IMG/VR virus record: IMGVR_UViG_3300038829_000114
DNA length: 64,000 nt
Strand: one strand, 5' to 3'
DNA from: a virus
Lineage: Duplodnaviria > Heunggongvirae > Uroviricota > Caudoviricetes
Shown: positions 18,211 to 26,576 of the stretch, piece after piece
How positions within the stretch are numbered: position 1 is the first letter of the stretch
Layout: every line of letters begins with the position of its first letter
The notes under the pieces: generated by a model
Databases searched by the model: none
What the model saw: only the letters and a program-made list of their open reading frames with translations
Told to the model about the DNA's origin: nothing
Program-made: the position numbers and the translations under genes

Positions 18211-18471
18211 ATGCTGCTAACAAAGAAAGCCTCAGTCCTAAAAGCCTTAGAAAAAATCACCTACGATCAAGTGGATGTTATTCATGGCCTTGCTGAATCC
18301 CGTGGTCTTGATGTAGAGTCTTTAGACATTAAAGACTATAAGGAACTCATTCAAGAAGAAGCTGAGTTTAGTTTCGATTGTGGGGATAAATCTGAATCAG
18401 ATCTAAAGTATTCCCTTGATCTCTATTCTATTGCCCTACGAATCCAAGACCCTCAGTACAAACAAGCATAA
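18211..18471 (+). CDS. hypothetical acidic protein
   Basis: Internal ATG with RBS AAAGGAAACTAACATG preferred over the track start 18166. Confidence 0.45.
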   Translation: MLLTKKASVLKALEKITYDQVDVIHGLAESRGLDVESLDIKDYKELIQEEAEFSFDCGDKSESDLKYSLDLYSIALRIQDPQYKQA

Positions 18472-18481
18472 GATCGTCTCT

Positions 18482-18688
18482 ATGACATTACTCGGAGAAG
18501 TTGGCTGCTACGTTCTTGATCTCTATTGTAATCAATGTCAAGTTGAGCATGTTCTTATTGATACCAGTAAACAATTCACAGGGCATACCCTAGCACAAGC
18601 ACGTAAAGCCGCTAGAAAGGCTGGCTGGGTTACTGGTAGAAAGAAAGTGCTATGCCCCGGACACAACCCATCTAATAGAGATACCTAA
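18482..18688 (+). CDS. Cys-rich small protein (paralogue of 14477..14701)
   Basis: MTLLGEVGCYVLDLYCNQC…ARKAARKAGWVTGRKKVLCP. The start lies inside a GTCTCTATG motif. Confidence 0.55.
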   Translation: MTLLGEVGCYVLDLYCNQCQVEHVLIDTSKQFTGHTLAQARKAARKAGWVTGRKKVLCPGHNPSNRDT

Positions 18689-18730
18689 CTCTCAATTTGA
18701 CAACACACCTCAACCCTGTTATAATGATCA

Positions 18731-18769
18731 TGACGGTTGAAATACACCGGAGGAAGAAAGGAGAAGTCT
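18731..18769 (+). repeat. conserved 39-nt leader element (copy 2)
   Basis: TGACGGTTGAAATACACCGGAGGAAGAAAGGAGAAGTCT, after the -10 box TGTTATAAT. Confidence 0.5.
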
Positions 18770-18936
18770 ATATAGAGACTCCTAAACAAAACAATTCTCT
18801 CCCATATTACTAGTATCCCATAGAATCACCAAATTGTCAAACCAACTTGACAGTATCTCTATTTGAGGTAACATAGAGACAATCCCACAACTTGACAACA
18901 CCTGTGGTACAATATCCTTACATTAAAGGAGTCTCT

Positions 18937-19089
18937 ATGACCGATTTGCGTACTAGAATTATTTATGAAATTTCTTGGGGAATGACTGTTGCGGAAATAG
19001 AAGAAAATAACAGTTTTATTGAGAGAGAAACAAAAAAAGTGTTTATGTCTCTAATGGAAATACTATCTATTGTAAAGGAGTCTCTATGA
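18937..19089 (+). CDS. hypothetical small protein
   Basis: Start context TAAAGGAGTCTCTATGAC, which is duplicated at 19073. Confidence 0.45.
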   Translation: MTDLRTRIIYEISWGMTVAEIEENNSFIERETKKVFMSLMEILSIVKESL

Positions 19090-19199
19090 CTATTTGGCGA
19101 TTTATCTGTAATTGTGGTAACATCTGGCAATCTAAGTACCCCTCCGATAACAAATGCCCGGAATGTGGTCACGCTGCTGCCCGTAAGGAAAAAGACTAA
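19086..19199 (+). CDS. 37-aa zinc-ribbon peptide (CNCG…CPECGH); not in the track
   Basis: Manual ORF with the identical start context TAAAGGAGTCTCTATGAC. Confidence 0.4.
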   Translation: MTIWRFICNCGNIWQSKYPSDNKCPECGHAAARKEKD

Positions 19200-19237
19200 A
19201 GTTGCAATATCTCTACTCCCCTGGTAAAATACCCACC

Positions 19238-19456
19238 ATGGAACCAGACTATAGAGACAAATCAGGTAAATACCACAAAATTTACCACCATATCTCCCGC
19301 TATTCAGGCGATACAACTATCTACCATATCGTCCTGCACTACTCTAAGGGAACTTGGCATGCCTCTTTCCAGAATTCTAGTCTCTATGGTAAGGGACCAT
19401 CTATGGAAACCGCTATAAACGATTTACTAGACTTTACCGACAAGGAGGGGGACTGA
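19238..19456 (+). CDS. hypothetical protein (the track start 19202 is a TTG codon; ATG 19238 is an alternative)
   Basis: ORF. Confidence 0.4.
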   Translation: MEPDYRDKSGKYHKIYHHISRYSGDTTIYHIVLHYSKGTWHASFQNSSLYGKGPSMETAINDLLDFTDKEGD

Positions 19457-19659
19457 TGCCTAAAAAGAAACAAACACGTCAAAAGCCTTTAAAATACCTT
19501 AAAAAGAGGGTCTCTAAGTATACCTGTGCCACATGTGATTCACCACTAGAGACTACTATATCGAAATCTAGTATCTCTATCCTTGTGACCCCATGTAAAA
19601 TCTGTTTATATAACCAGGCTGAAAAAAGCTATGTTGCGGGGAAATATTGGATGGTATGA
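19456..19659 (+). CDS. small basic Cys protein
   Basis: CATCDSP…CKIC. Confidence 0.45.
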   Translation: MPKKKQTRQKPLKYLKKRVSKYTCATCDSPLETTISKSSISILVTPCKICLYNQAEKSYVAGKYWMV

Positions 19660-19688
19660 GAATCTCTTAAGTTGACAAAAGACACTGA

Positions 19689-19702
19689 CTAAGCTACAAT
19701 AA
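19689..19702 (+). repeat. junction motif AAGACACTGACTAA lying in the spacer of a TTGACA-17-TACAAT promoter
   Basis: TTGACA 19682-87 and TACAAT 19705-10. Confidence 0.45.
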
Positions 19703-19717
19703 AGTAAGGAACATACT

Positions 19718-20119
19718 ATGGAACTAACTACATCTCAAGAATACATGCTAAAAGTCCTTGATGACACGGCTAAGTATTATAACTATCACAATAGGTCTGT
19801 AGTAGAACGACCATCGCTTAATAAAAGTCATTGTCTCTATCGTAGCCCTGATGGTAAAGCCTGTGCTATAGGTCGCCTTATCCCAAATAACATAGCATCT
19901 ATCTTAGACAGCTTTATGAGTTCTGGCGTTCAAGAATTTGATGTGTGGGATTTAATCAAAGACCTAGAGACTATCAAACCAGCGCCACAATCTTTCTGGA
20001 AGGATTTACAAGCATTCCATGATGGCGACGTATGCTGGGATGAAGCAGGCTTAACCGCTTTTGGTAATTCTCAATACGGTCATATCAAAAAACTTATTTT
20101 AAAAGGAACCTACGCATGA
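19718..20119 (+). CDS. hypothetical protein
   Basis: RBS TAAGGAAC. Confidence 0.55.
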   Translation: MELTTSQEYMLKVLDDTAKYYNYHNRSVVERPSLNKSHCLYRSPDGKACAIGRLIPNNIASILDSFMSSGVQEFDVWDLIKDLETIKPAPQSFWKDLQAFHDGDVCWDEAGLTAFGNSQYGHIKKLILKGTYA

Positions 20120-20304
20120 AATACATCCCCATATTAGCCTTAGTCGCTGTCTTGGGCTGTCAACAACAATTACCAAGTGTACAAGAAAATTGTATCCGCG
20201 TCCATACACTAGACCAAGAGATTTGTCATGTGGTCATAAATGGTATGAATTGTGTCTCTATGGATGGCTTCGAATCCGGGGCCATTACCTGCAATTGGAA
20301 ATAG
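20116..20304 (+). CDS. small lipoprotein
   Basis: Signal peptide MKYIPILALVAVLGC with a lipobox. Confidence 0.5.
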   Translation: MKYIPILALVAVLGCQQQLPSVQENCIRVHTLDQEICHVVINGMNCVSMDGFESGAITCNWK

Positions 20305-20325
20305 AGACTACACCCACTAACCATA

Positions 20326-20556
20326 TTGATAATGACTCTCAATAACGATATATATAAATTCAACATCCATATAGAGACTCCACAAGGTACTGAAGCTATC
20401 TTAGTCTCTATGGGCCAATTTGACTCTAAAATCGTGGGAACATGGTTATCCTATGCTGAGACCCAACTTCTAATCAAACGCCTTAAAAAAGCCTTAAAAA
20501 CGGCTCACAAGGGTACTCCCAATACCTACTGCGATTGTGGGGAGTGTTTATGGTGA
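20326..20556 (+). CDS. hypothetical protein
   Basis: ORF. Confidence 0.5.
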   Translation: MIMTLNNDIYKFNIHIETPQGTEAILVSMGQFDSKIVGTWLSYAETQLLIKRLKKALKTAHKGTPNTYCDCGECLW

Positions 20557-20570
20557 TTAGACAGTGACTA
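20557..20570 (+). repeat. junction motif variant TTAGACAGTGACTA
   Basis: Directly follows the stop at 20554-56. Confidence 0.4.
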
Positions 20571-20639
20571 TCATAGAGACAACTATCACGCAACTTAACC
20601 CTATGATACCTCACATAGAGATACCTTGGGGTATATTAT

Positions 20640-20669
20640 TTGACTTAGGGAACATTTATGGTGTATAAT
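20640..20669 (+). promoter_or_regulatory. sigma70-like promoter TTGACT-18-TATAAT
   Basis: Sequence match. Confidence 0.45.
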
Positions 20670-20778
20670 GGAGTGAACGAAGGAGTAGTCTCTATAAGCT
20701 AAGGGAACATGCACATTTATTAGGCAATTTGACAGGGAATAGTCTCTATGTTACAATCGTGGGGAGTAGTGTGGAAGA

Positions 20779-21267
20779 GTGTCGAAGAAGGAATCCAGGA
20801 TGTGGAAAAAGACCTCTCATGAACGAATTGCTCCTGGTTTATGGTTCACAATAGAGACTCCAAGTTATCTACATTTACGGGACTATGTTATGGAAATAGA
20901 CGATACATTGAAGCGAATATTTGAGTTAAACCATAAGAAGCTGGATAGTGGTTGTTGGGAGTGGTGTGGTTATCATAGTAAGGATTATGGTTATGCTTGT
21001 TTTTACTATAAGCATAGGATGGTCATGGTACATCGTTTGGGATATGGGATAGAGACTAAGGTAAGTGATCTAAAGGATGTACCTAAAGTATTGAAGCATA
21101 GTTGTGGTAATCGTGGTTGTGTAAATCCTAGTCATCTCTATAAGGCTATAAAGGGAGCTACGAAGCATAAGGTCTCTGGCAAGGATAGATATGAGGTAGA
21201 GAGACTAAGGGTGCAGAAGGCTTTTGATGAATATTTAAAGGCTGTAAAAGCGGGGGAAGAGGATTAG
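20779..21267 (+). CDS. HNH homing endonuclease (HNH_3-type)
   Basis: CWEWCG…HRLGY…KHSCGNRGCVNPSHL; homologous to 57286..57804. Confidence 0.65.
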   Translation: MSKKESRMWKKTSHERIAPGLWFTIETPSYLHLRDYVMEIDDTLKRIFELNHKKLDSGCWEWCGYHSKDYGYACFYYKHRMVMVHRLGYGIETKVSDLKDVPKVLKHSCGNRGCVNPSHLYKAIKGATKHKVSGKDRYEVERLRVQKAFDEYLKAVKAGEED

Positions 21268-21311
21268 TCGATGTCTAGGGTATTAAGAGATAGAATATGA
21301 GCTATTAGTCG

Positions 21312-21566
21312 ATGTCTAAAAGGTTATATGCTGATAGGAGAGCGCTGGATGGTGGTTTAGCTTCTGGCTGGCGGTATGTAAAGAAGGGTGGAAAAGTTAA
21401 ATTCGGTGGAGCTTACTATACAAATCCAAAACTCTGTAAAATTGTAGGTGAGTATGTATTTATAACGAATGTTGATTATTGGGGGCAAGATGTTGAGATT
21501 CACCGTGGGGCGTTTGGGTGTTCTGGATGGTTTTGTAAAGCGGTAATAGAGACGAGGAGTAATTAG
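21312..21566 (+). CDS. hypothetical protein
   Basis: ORF. Its start region is duplicated (TTAGTCGATGTCTA x2). Confidence 0.5.
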   Translation: MSKRLYADRRALDGGLASGWRYVKKGGKVKFGGAYYTNPKLCKIVGEYVFITNVDYWGQDVEIHRGAFGCSGWFCKAVIETRSN

Positions 21567-21567
21567 A

Positions 21568-21819
21568 ATGAAAACGATTAAGATATTAGAAGTTGGGGAT
21601 ATTGTTCGGGACGGGGATTTTATGAAGGATGTATTCCCTTACGATCTTGAGTCCGTCACTGTGATTAATGATTCTTTGGAGTGGCGGAGGATTGATAAGC
21701 AAGGTTTTTACGACGACTGGATTAAGCAAACCCTGACCGAGCAAGATTGTGAGCAGTGGGTTTTTATACGTTGTCCTAATAAGGAGTTGCCTCATGGGTT
21801 TGTGGAGATGGGAGAGTAG
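21568..21819 (+). CDS. hypothetical protein
   Basis: RBS GAGGAG. Confidence 0.5.
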   Translation: MKTIKILEVGDIVRDGDFMKDVFPYDLESVTVINDSLEWRRIDKQGFYDDWIKQTLTEQDCEQWVFIRCPNKELPHGFVEMGE

Positions 21820-21903
21820 GTATATCTAATAGAGATACTGTAGTGGGTGTGTTGTTGTAGTCTCTATAGCGTGGTAGAATATAAATAAATCGAGGAGTTA
21901 GAT

Positions 21904-22221
21904 ATGATTAAGCCAATTAGTCCAGACGATGTTGCTGGTAAAAAAGCAGCGACGATACCTGATGTTGTTTTTGAAGCTATTAATGATCTGATTGTAAAGA
22001 ATTGGGCTGGTACCAGGGCGACTATCCTTCAGAGCAAGATTGTTGAGAGTATTCTTAATAGAGACGATGCTATAACTGAAAAATCTATTTTTGAGCATCG
22101 TTGGTTGGATATTGAAGATATTTATAGGGAGGCTGGTTGGGATGTTAAGTATGACAAACCGGCTTATAACGAGAGCTACTCAGCTACGTTTATTTTTAAG
22201 AAGGTGGGTAAAGAGGAATAG
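21904..22221 (+). CDS. hypothetical protein
   Basis: RBS GAGGAG. Confidence 0.5.
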   Translation: MIKPISPDDVAGKKAATIPDVVFEAINDLIVKNWAGTRATILQSKIVESILNRDDAITEKSIFEHRWLDIEDIYREAGWDVKYDKPAYNESYSATFIFKKVGKEE

Positions 22222-22310
22222 CTCTTATAGAGACCCCTATGTAGGCGTAGTTGCGATATGGTCTATGGGATGGTAAGATAGAGACAACATAAAATAAGGA
22301 TAGAACTACT

Positions 22311-22625
22311 ATGTTTGATAAATTATTTAGTTTGGGGAATGGTTGGAGTGTTTTTTGGAGTGCGAGGCCGGAAATACTATTATGTTCCGTAGGTGTACTG
22401 TTCGTTATTGGTCTATTTACTTCTCCACTGTGGTATGCACGAACACCTTTTAAAAGTAACAGTATGCGTAATATTGAGGCGTCTATTTTAGCTTTTGCGG
22501 GTTCTCTAGTGATCGGGATGTTTTTCTTTTCAGCACTTTCTCCAGCATTATTAGTATCCTGTATAGTGGTTTTTTCGGGGGCTGTTGTTATCAAGCTGGG
22601 CGAAAAGGTGTTTAAAGCATCGTAA
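22311..22625 (+). CDS. membrane protein
   Basis: Three hydrophobic segments. Confidence 0.5.
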   Translation: MFDKLFSLGNGWSVFWSARPEILLCSVGVLFVIGLFTSPLWYARTPFKSNSMRNIEASILAFAGSLVIGMFFFSALSPALLVSCIVVFSGAVVIKLGEKVFKAS

Positions 22626-22711
22626 AGATAGCTCTTATAGAGACACCTATGTAGGTAGATTGTTAGTATTTAAGTAGTGTGGTAAGATAATGTATATAAA
22701 AGAGGTATACA

Positions 22712-23527
22712 ATGGTAAAAGTAATTAAATCACAGAAAGATCTAGATAAATTTTTAGAGGGCGCGGGTGACGAACCAGTTCTGTTAGAAGGGTTTACTGG
22801 AAAATTTATTGGGAAACAGTTTTGTATCTTGACTGGGAATTCCCGTGGTGTGTTTTGGGAGAATTCCAGTGGTGAGTTTAGGGAGAATTCCAGTGGTGTG
22901 TTTAGGGAGAATTCCAGTGGTGTGTTTAGGGAGAATTCCAGTGGTGTGTTTAGGGAGAATTCCAGTGGTGTGTTTAGGGAGAATTCCAGTGGTGAGTTTA
23001 GGGGGAATTCCCGTGGTGTGTTTTGTGGGAATTCCAGTGGTGAGTTTAGGGGGAATTCCCGTGGTGTTCTCTATGATTTCGCGCATGCTCATGTAATGAA
23101 CAACAACAAAATAGAGAAAATTTCCCCAAAAGCCTCTATAACCAAGGTATCTTACCCAAAATCAGTAAAAGGGTGGTTGTCTCTAAAGGGTATTAAACCA
23201 GATAAAAAAGGTAATGTAATCCTTTGGAAGACTGTAAGAACTGACGGTTCTGATTTCAGAACAGGCCAAATCAATTATCTTTCTGGTGTAGCAGTTGCGC
23301 CGGATTGGGATAAGGATGCAGGCATAGAGTGTGGTAACGGTTTACATTTGGCGGATAGCCAACAAGCTGCTATTATGTTTGTCCCTACTGGTGATGACTA
23401 TAGGCTATTAAAGGTAAAGGCTAATATAAAAGATATTGTTGTTTTTGGTGGCAATCCAGAATACCCTATGAAATGCCGGGCCAAGCAATGTGTGTTCGTA
23501 GAAGAAATTGATCCGAAGACTATTTAA
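22712..23527 (+). CDS. protein with about 11 tandem 8-aa repeats (NSSGVFRE) and a C-terminal globular domain
   Basis: 24-nt DNA repeats at 22838-23085 stay in frame; RBS AAAAGAGG. Confidence 0.6.
   Translation: MVKVIKSQKDLDKFLEGAGDEPVLLEGFTGKFIGKQFCILTGNSRGVFWENSSGEFRENSSGVFRENSSGVFRENSSGVFRENSSGVFRENSSGEFRGNSRGVFCGNSSGEFRGNSRGVLYDFAHAHVMNNNKIEKISPKASITKVSYPKSVKGWLSLKGIKPDKKGNVILWKTVRTDGSDFRTGQINYLSGVAVAPDWDKDAGIECGNGLHLADSQQAAIMFVPTGDDYRLLKVKANIKDIVVFGGNPEYPMKCRAKQCVFVEEIDPKTI
22838..23085 (+). repeat. 24-nt tandem repeat x ~11 (GGAGAATTCCAGTGGTGTGTTTAG) inside a CDS; each unit carries an EcoRI site
   Basis: Direct reading of near-identical units with occasional G/A and C/A variants. Confidence 0.85.
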
Positions 23528-23609
23528 TAGAGAGACTACAGCCACGAGTAAGTTGCATAAAAAAACAGTTATGATATAATAGTATTACAAACTCTAAAAA
23601 GGAGATAGT

Positions 23610-24236
23610 ATGCCCAAACCGAAACTGAATAAGCCCTTAATTACCAAGTTGATTAAGGAATTGAATAAAAACCCGCTTTTGTATTTACAAGAAGCCTATA
23701 TCACGAAGATAAACATTAATACAGGTTGTGAATATGATGAAGATGAGGATGCCTCCAAGCAAGAGATTGAAGATATTGCAGACCAGCTTACAAGTGGGGA
23801 GAACCATATTGAACTCGCAAAGCGTTTGTTAGAGATTGAACCAGCGAGTACATTTTGTAAAACGGCTTGTTGCTTGGCAGGTACGGTAGCGGTGATGGAA
23901 GCAGGGGAGAATAACGTTATAGGCGGATACTGTGTAGAAATAAAGGGGGATACTTTGGAAATACATGATTTTGCACAAGGAAAATTGGGATTGAGCGTAG
24001 ATGCAGCAAACACTTTATTTGCTGGTGATCCAGAATGTGATTGGCCGGAGCCATGGGCTGAGCGTTGGACCAAAGCTTTAAGAAACTATGGTGGTTATGA
24101 TATTAAAGAATTGAAGAAACTTCGTAAAGCACAAGTTAAGATTGCTTGTGATCTGTTGGAGACTTTGAAAGCAAAAGGTGAGAAGATTCTTTTGGATGTT
24201 GATCATGACCGCCATGCCGACTACAGCTCTCTATAA
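23610..24236 (+). CDS. hypothetical protein, family X (paralogue of 25910..26503)
   Basis: Shared motifs L(I)KELN(K/E)NPLLY and CC(L/I)AGT. Confidence 0.55.
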   Translation: MPKPKLNKPLITKLIKELNKNPLLYLQEAYITKININTGCEYDEDEDASKQEIEDIADQLTSGENHIELAKRLLEIEPASTFCKTACCLAGTVAVMEAGENNVIGGYCVEIKGDTLEIHDFAQGKLGLSVDAANTLFAGDPECDWPEPWAERWTKALRNYGGYDIKELKKLRKAQVKIACDLLETLKAKGEKILLDVDHDRHADYSSL

Positions 24237-24271
24237 TTATATAGAGACTACATAGTTTAAAATAAATATGG

Positions 24272-24772
24272 ATGGGCAAAAACCCTGTGATAAAACCAAA
24301 TGTAATATACAAAAAGATGACTTTGGTTACATGGGGTTGTGGAAATAGGCTAGAGACAACTAAATTCAAGGGTATTAAGAATGGGTTAGGTAACAAGCCT
24401 AAAGATGGTGGTTTGTGGACTTCACCATACCAGTCCGAGAATAGCTGGCGGAAGTGGGGGAAAGCAAATAAATACGGTAATTTTAATAGTAGGATTAAAA
24501 TGCGTTTTGAGGGTTGGTTGTTTGTTGTGGATGAGGAGAGGGATTTAGCTTACTTACCGAGGGAAAAATGGTACCTTAGAAACAATTCTAGTTACCCTTA
24601 TTTAAACTGCGTTAGTTTAGTAGATAGTTGTGTAGATGGAATATGGTTGACAGCGAGGGGGCAACGAGAGACGCATGGGTATTATTTTCGGCGGGATTAC
24701 GACTGGAATCTCTATGGGTGGGATTGTGAGACTGTTTTGCTGTTTAACTTAGATTGTGTGAAGCAGGTTTAA
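24272..24772 (+). CDS. hypothetical protein, family Y (paralogue of 29017..29508)
   Basis: Shared MTLVTWGCG…KPxDGGLWTSPY…WRKWGK…YGWDCETVLLFNLDCV. Confidence 0.55.
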   Translation: MGKNPVIKPNVIYKKMTLVTWGCGNRLETTKFKGIKNGLGNKPKDGGLWTSPYQSENSWRKWGKANKYGNFNSRIKMRFEGWLFVVDEERDLAYLPREKWYLRNNSSYPYLNCVSLVDSCVDGIWLTARGQRETHGYYFRRDYDWNLYGWDCETVLLFNLDCVKQV

Positions 24773-24773
24773 T

Positions 24774-25118
24774 ATGAACTACTGGGAAGAGTGTATAAAA
24801 GAGTCTTTTGATGAAGCTGGGATAGTAGCGACTGATGCCCAGGTTGCCATAGTAGTCTCTTGGGTGGAGGGTGGCCATGAGAACTATGGAATGGCACATG
24901 GTAATGATGTTATAGGGAACCCAAGGGATAGTGAGATAGAGACACTTAAAAAGCAATTGGAGATAGAGAAGGAGAAAAGACCATGCCCTGACTGTAAGGG
25001 TAGTGGGGAAGAGGTGACATATGGCGGTACTCGAATGAGCCGGACAACGTGTTTTAGGTGTAATGGAGAGGGTAAGTGCTTACGGTATAGTGGTCGGGTG
25101 ACTCCGTATTTGACTTGA
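24774..25118 (+). CDS. hypothetical protein with C-terminal zinc ribbon
   Basis: CPDCKGSG…CFRCNGEGKC. Confidence 0.5.
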   Translation: MNYWEECIKESFDEAGIVATDAQVAIVVSWVEGGHENYGMAHGNDVIGNPRDSEIETLKKQLEIEKEKRPCPDCKGSGEEVTYGGTRMSRTTCFRCNGEGKCLRYSGRVTPYLT

Positions 25119-25180
25119 AGATGAGTCTATGTTAGAATAGTCTCTATGGTATATTAGTGATAAATAAGATGGTATAAAAC

Positions 25181-25873
25181 GTGGCAACTAAAAAGAAAAA
25201 GACTAGTAACGTGCTTAAAAACATTACTTTTCACTACAGCGGTGTTGAGGTTGATTATGCAAGACATAGTGACTGTGAAAACCATGGCTGTGGAGATGAG
25301 GGTATTTGCCGATGCTCTACCCTACATGATGTTGAGGTTACGTCAATTGAACCTAAAGATGTCTTGGAACTGGTGTGTTATCAATTCGACATGGATAGAG
25401 ACTCTGATATACTTATCTATGGTATTGATCGTATTCTAAAGGTTCTCAAAGCTTATGAAAAGGATTCATACACAGTCACGATTTGCGGGGGTTACTATGG
25501 GGAAGAGATTGACGGCATATACCTAGAAAACTCAGATATGATCGAAGCTACTATTAAAGAGTTTCTGAGTTTAAGTACACTAAAAAAACAGGTTGAATAT
25601 CTATTACTACTTGAGTATGGACACCTTCTCGATAAGTTAAAAAAGTGTAGCTGGTCTATTAGTGAGGTGCCTACTAAGTCTATTGTTTTAGGTAACACCG
25701 CCCACTACAAGCGATTAGAGACTACTTTGGTTGACAGATATAATACTTATGACCTTATCCGAGGCGTGGTTAAGAAAAACGGTAACAAATACCATTTATA
25801 TGATGGATACCACAGGGTTGCTGCTATGAGTAATGTTGGGGCGAAAAAGATTAAGGTATTGGTTGCGAAATAG
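25181..25873 (+). CDS. ParB/Srx-like nuclease domain protein (GTG start)
   Basis: C-terminal YHLYDGYHRVAAM…KIKVLV (ParB-N DGxHR motif); N-terminal Cys cluster. Confidence 0.55.
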   Translation: MATKKKKTSNVLKNITFHYSGVEVDYARHSDCENHGCGDEGICRCSTLHDVEVTSIEPKDVLELVCYQFDMDRDSDILIYGIDRILKVLKAYEKDSYTVTICGGYYGEEIDGIYLENSDMIEATIKEFLSLSTLKKQVEYLLLLEYGHLLDKLKKCSWSISEVPTKSIVLGNTAHYKRLETTLVDRYNTYDLIRGVVKKNGNKYHLYDGYHRVAAMSNVGAKKIKVLVAK

Positions 25874-25909
25874 AGACTATTCTGTTAATATTATTAAACG
25901 AGGTAAAAC

Positions 25910-26503
25910 ATGGCACTAAACAAGAAACTAATTCAAAAATTGATAAATCATTTGAACGAGAATCCTTTGCTATATGAGCAGAAAGAGTATTTCACTGCGA
26001 TTGATTTAGCTACGGGGAATTATAGGGATTCTAAGCTTAAGTTTCTTAAGCATCAGATTCATGGCCTTGTGGATGCTATGGATAGATGCAAGATAACCCC
26101 ACAGCAAATGGCAGATAAGATTTTAGAGATTACACCTAAAGAAACGGTGTGTGGTTCAGCCTGTTGCATAGCCGGTACTATCTTCTCTATGAAAGCTGAT
26201 AGTAAGGGGGCTAAGCGAGAAGGTTCGGGTGGTGTTAGGCTTGATAACAACATCGTCTCTATTAGCAACTTTGCGGCTAAAGAGTTGGGACTTGTTGGTT
26301 TAGGGGCTGCGGACATTTTGTTTACATGTAACCCAGAAAGTAATTGGCCACAGCCTTATCGTAGTCGTTGGAAAAAAATTCCTTGTATTATGGACTCGTC
26401 TACCCTAAATGATATTCTAAAGATTCGTAAGAAACAGGTAAAGGTTGCTACGGATTTGTTAAAAGACTTGATGGAGAATGGTGAGCAAGTCTTGGTGGGG
26501 TAA
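25910..26503 (+). CDS. hypothetical protein, family X
   Basis: Paralogue of 23610..24236. Confidence 0.55.
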   Translation: MALNKKLIQKLINHLNENPLLYEQKEYFTAIDLATGNYRDSKLKFLKHQIHGLVDAMDRCKITPQQMADKILEITPKETVCGSACCIAGTIFSMKADSKGAKREGSGGVRLDNNIVSISNFAAKELGLVGLGAADILFTCNPESNWPQPYRSRWKKIPCIMDSSTLNDILKIRKKQVKVATDLLKDLMENGEQVLVG

Positions 26504-26576
26504 GTAGTATGAACGACCTGCAACTAGAGACTCCTGTCTGTTTGCATAAATTAAAAACTTATGTTAAACTATAAAA

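Noticed and set aside
15748-20570. GACACTGACTA / GAGACACTAT motifs as SP6/T7-like single-subunit RNAP promoters
   Set aside because: The resemblance to GACACTATAG is partial and not constant across copies. The motif abuts ATGs without a leader, and no ssRNAP gene is visible in the window. Kept only as a minor hypothesis.
22196-22594. 132-aa − strand ORF, and similar long antisense ORFs at 22784..23092 and 23696..24073
   Set aside because: They lie in the C-depleted island, where the antisense strand is G-poor and therefore stop-codon-poor. They overlap well-supported + strand genes.
22838-23085. Possible CRISPR array, because of regular 24-nt direct repeats
   Set aside because: The units are contiguous with no spacers, remain in frame inside a 271-aa ORF, and have no leader. 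This is a coding tandem repeat, not CRISPR.
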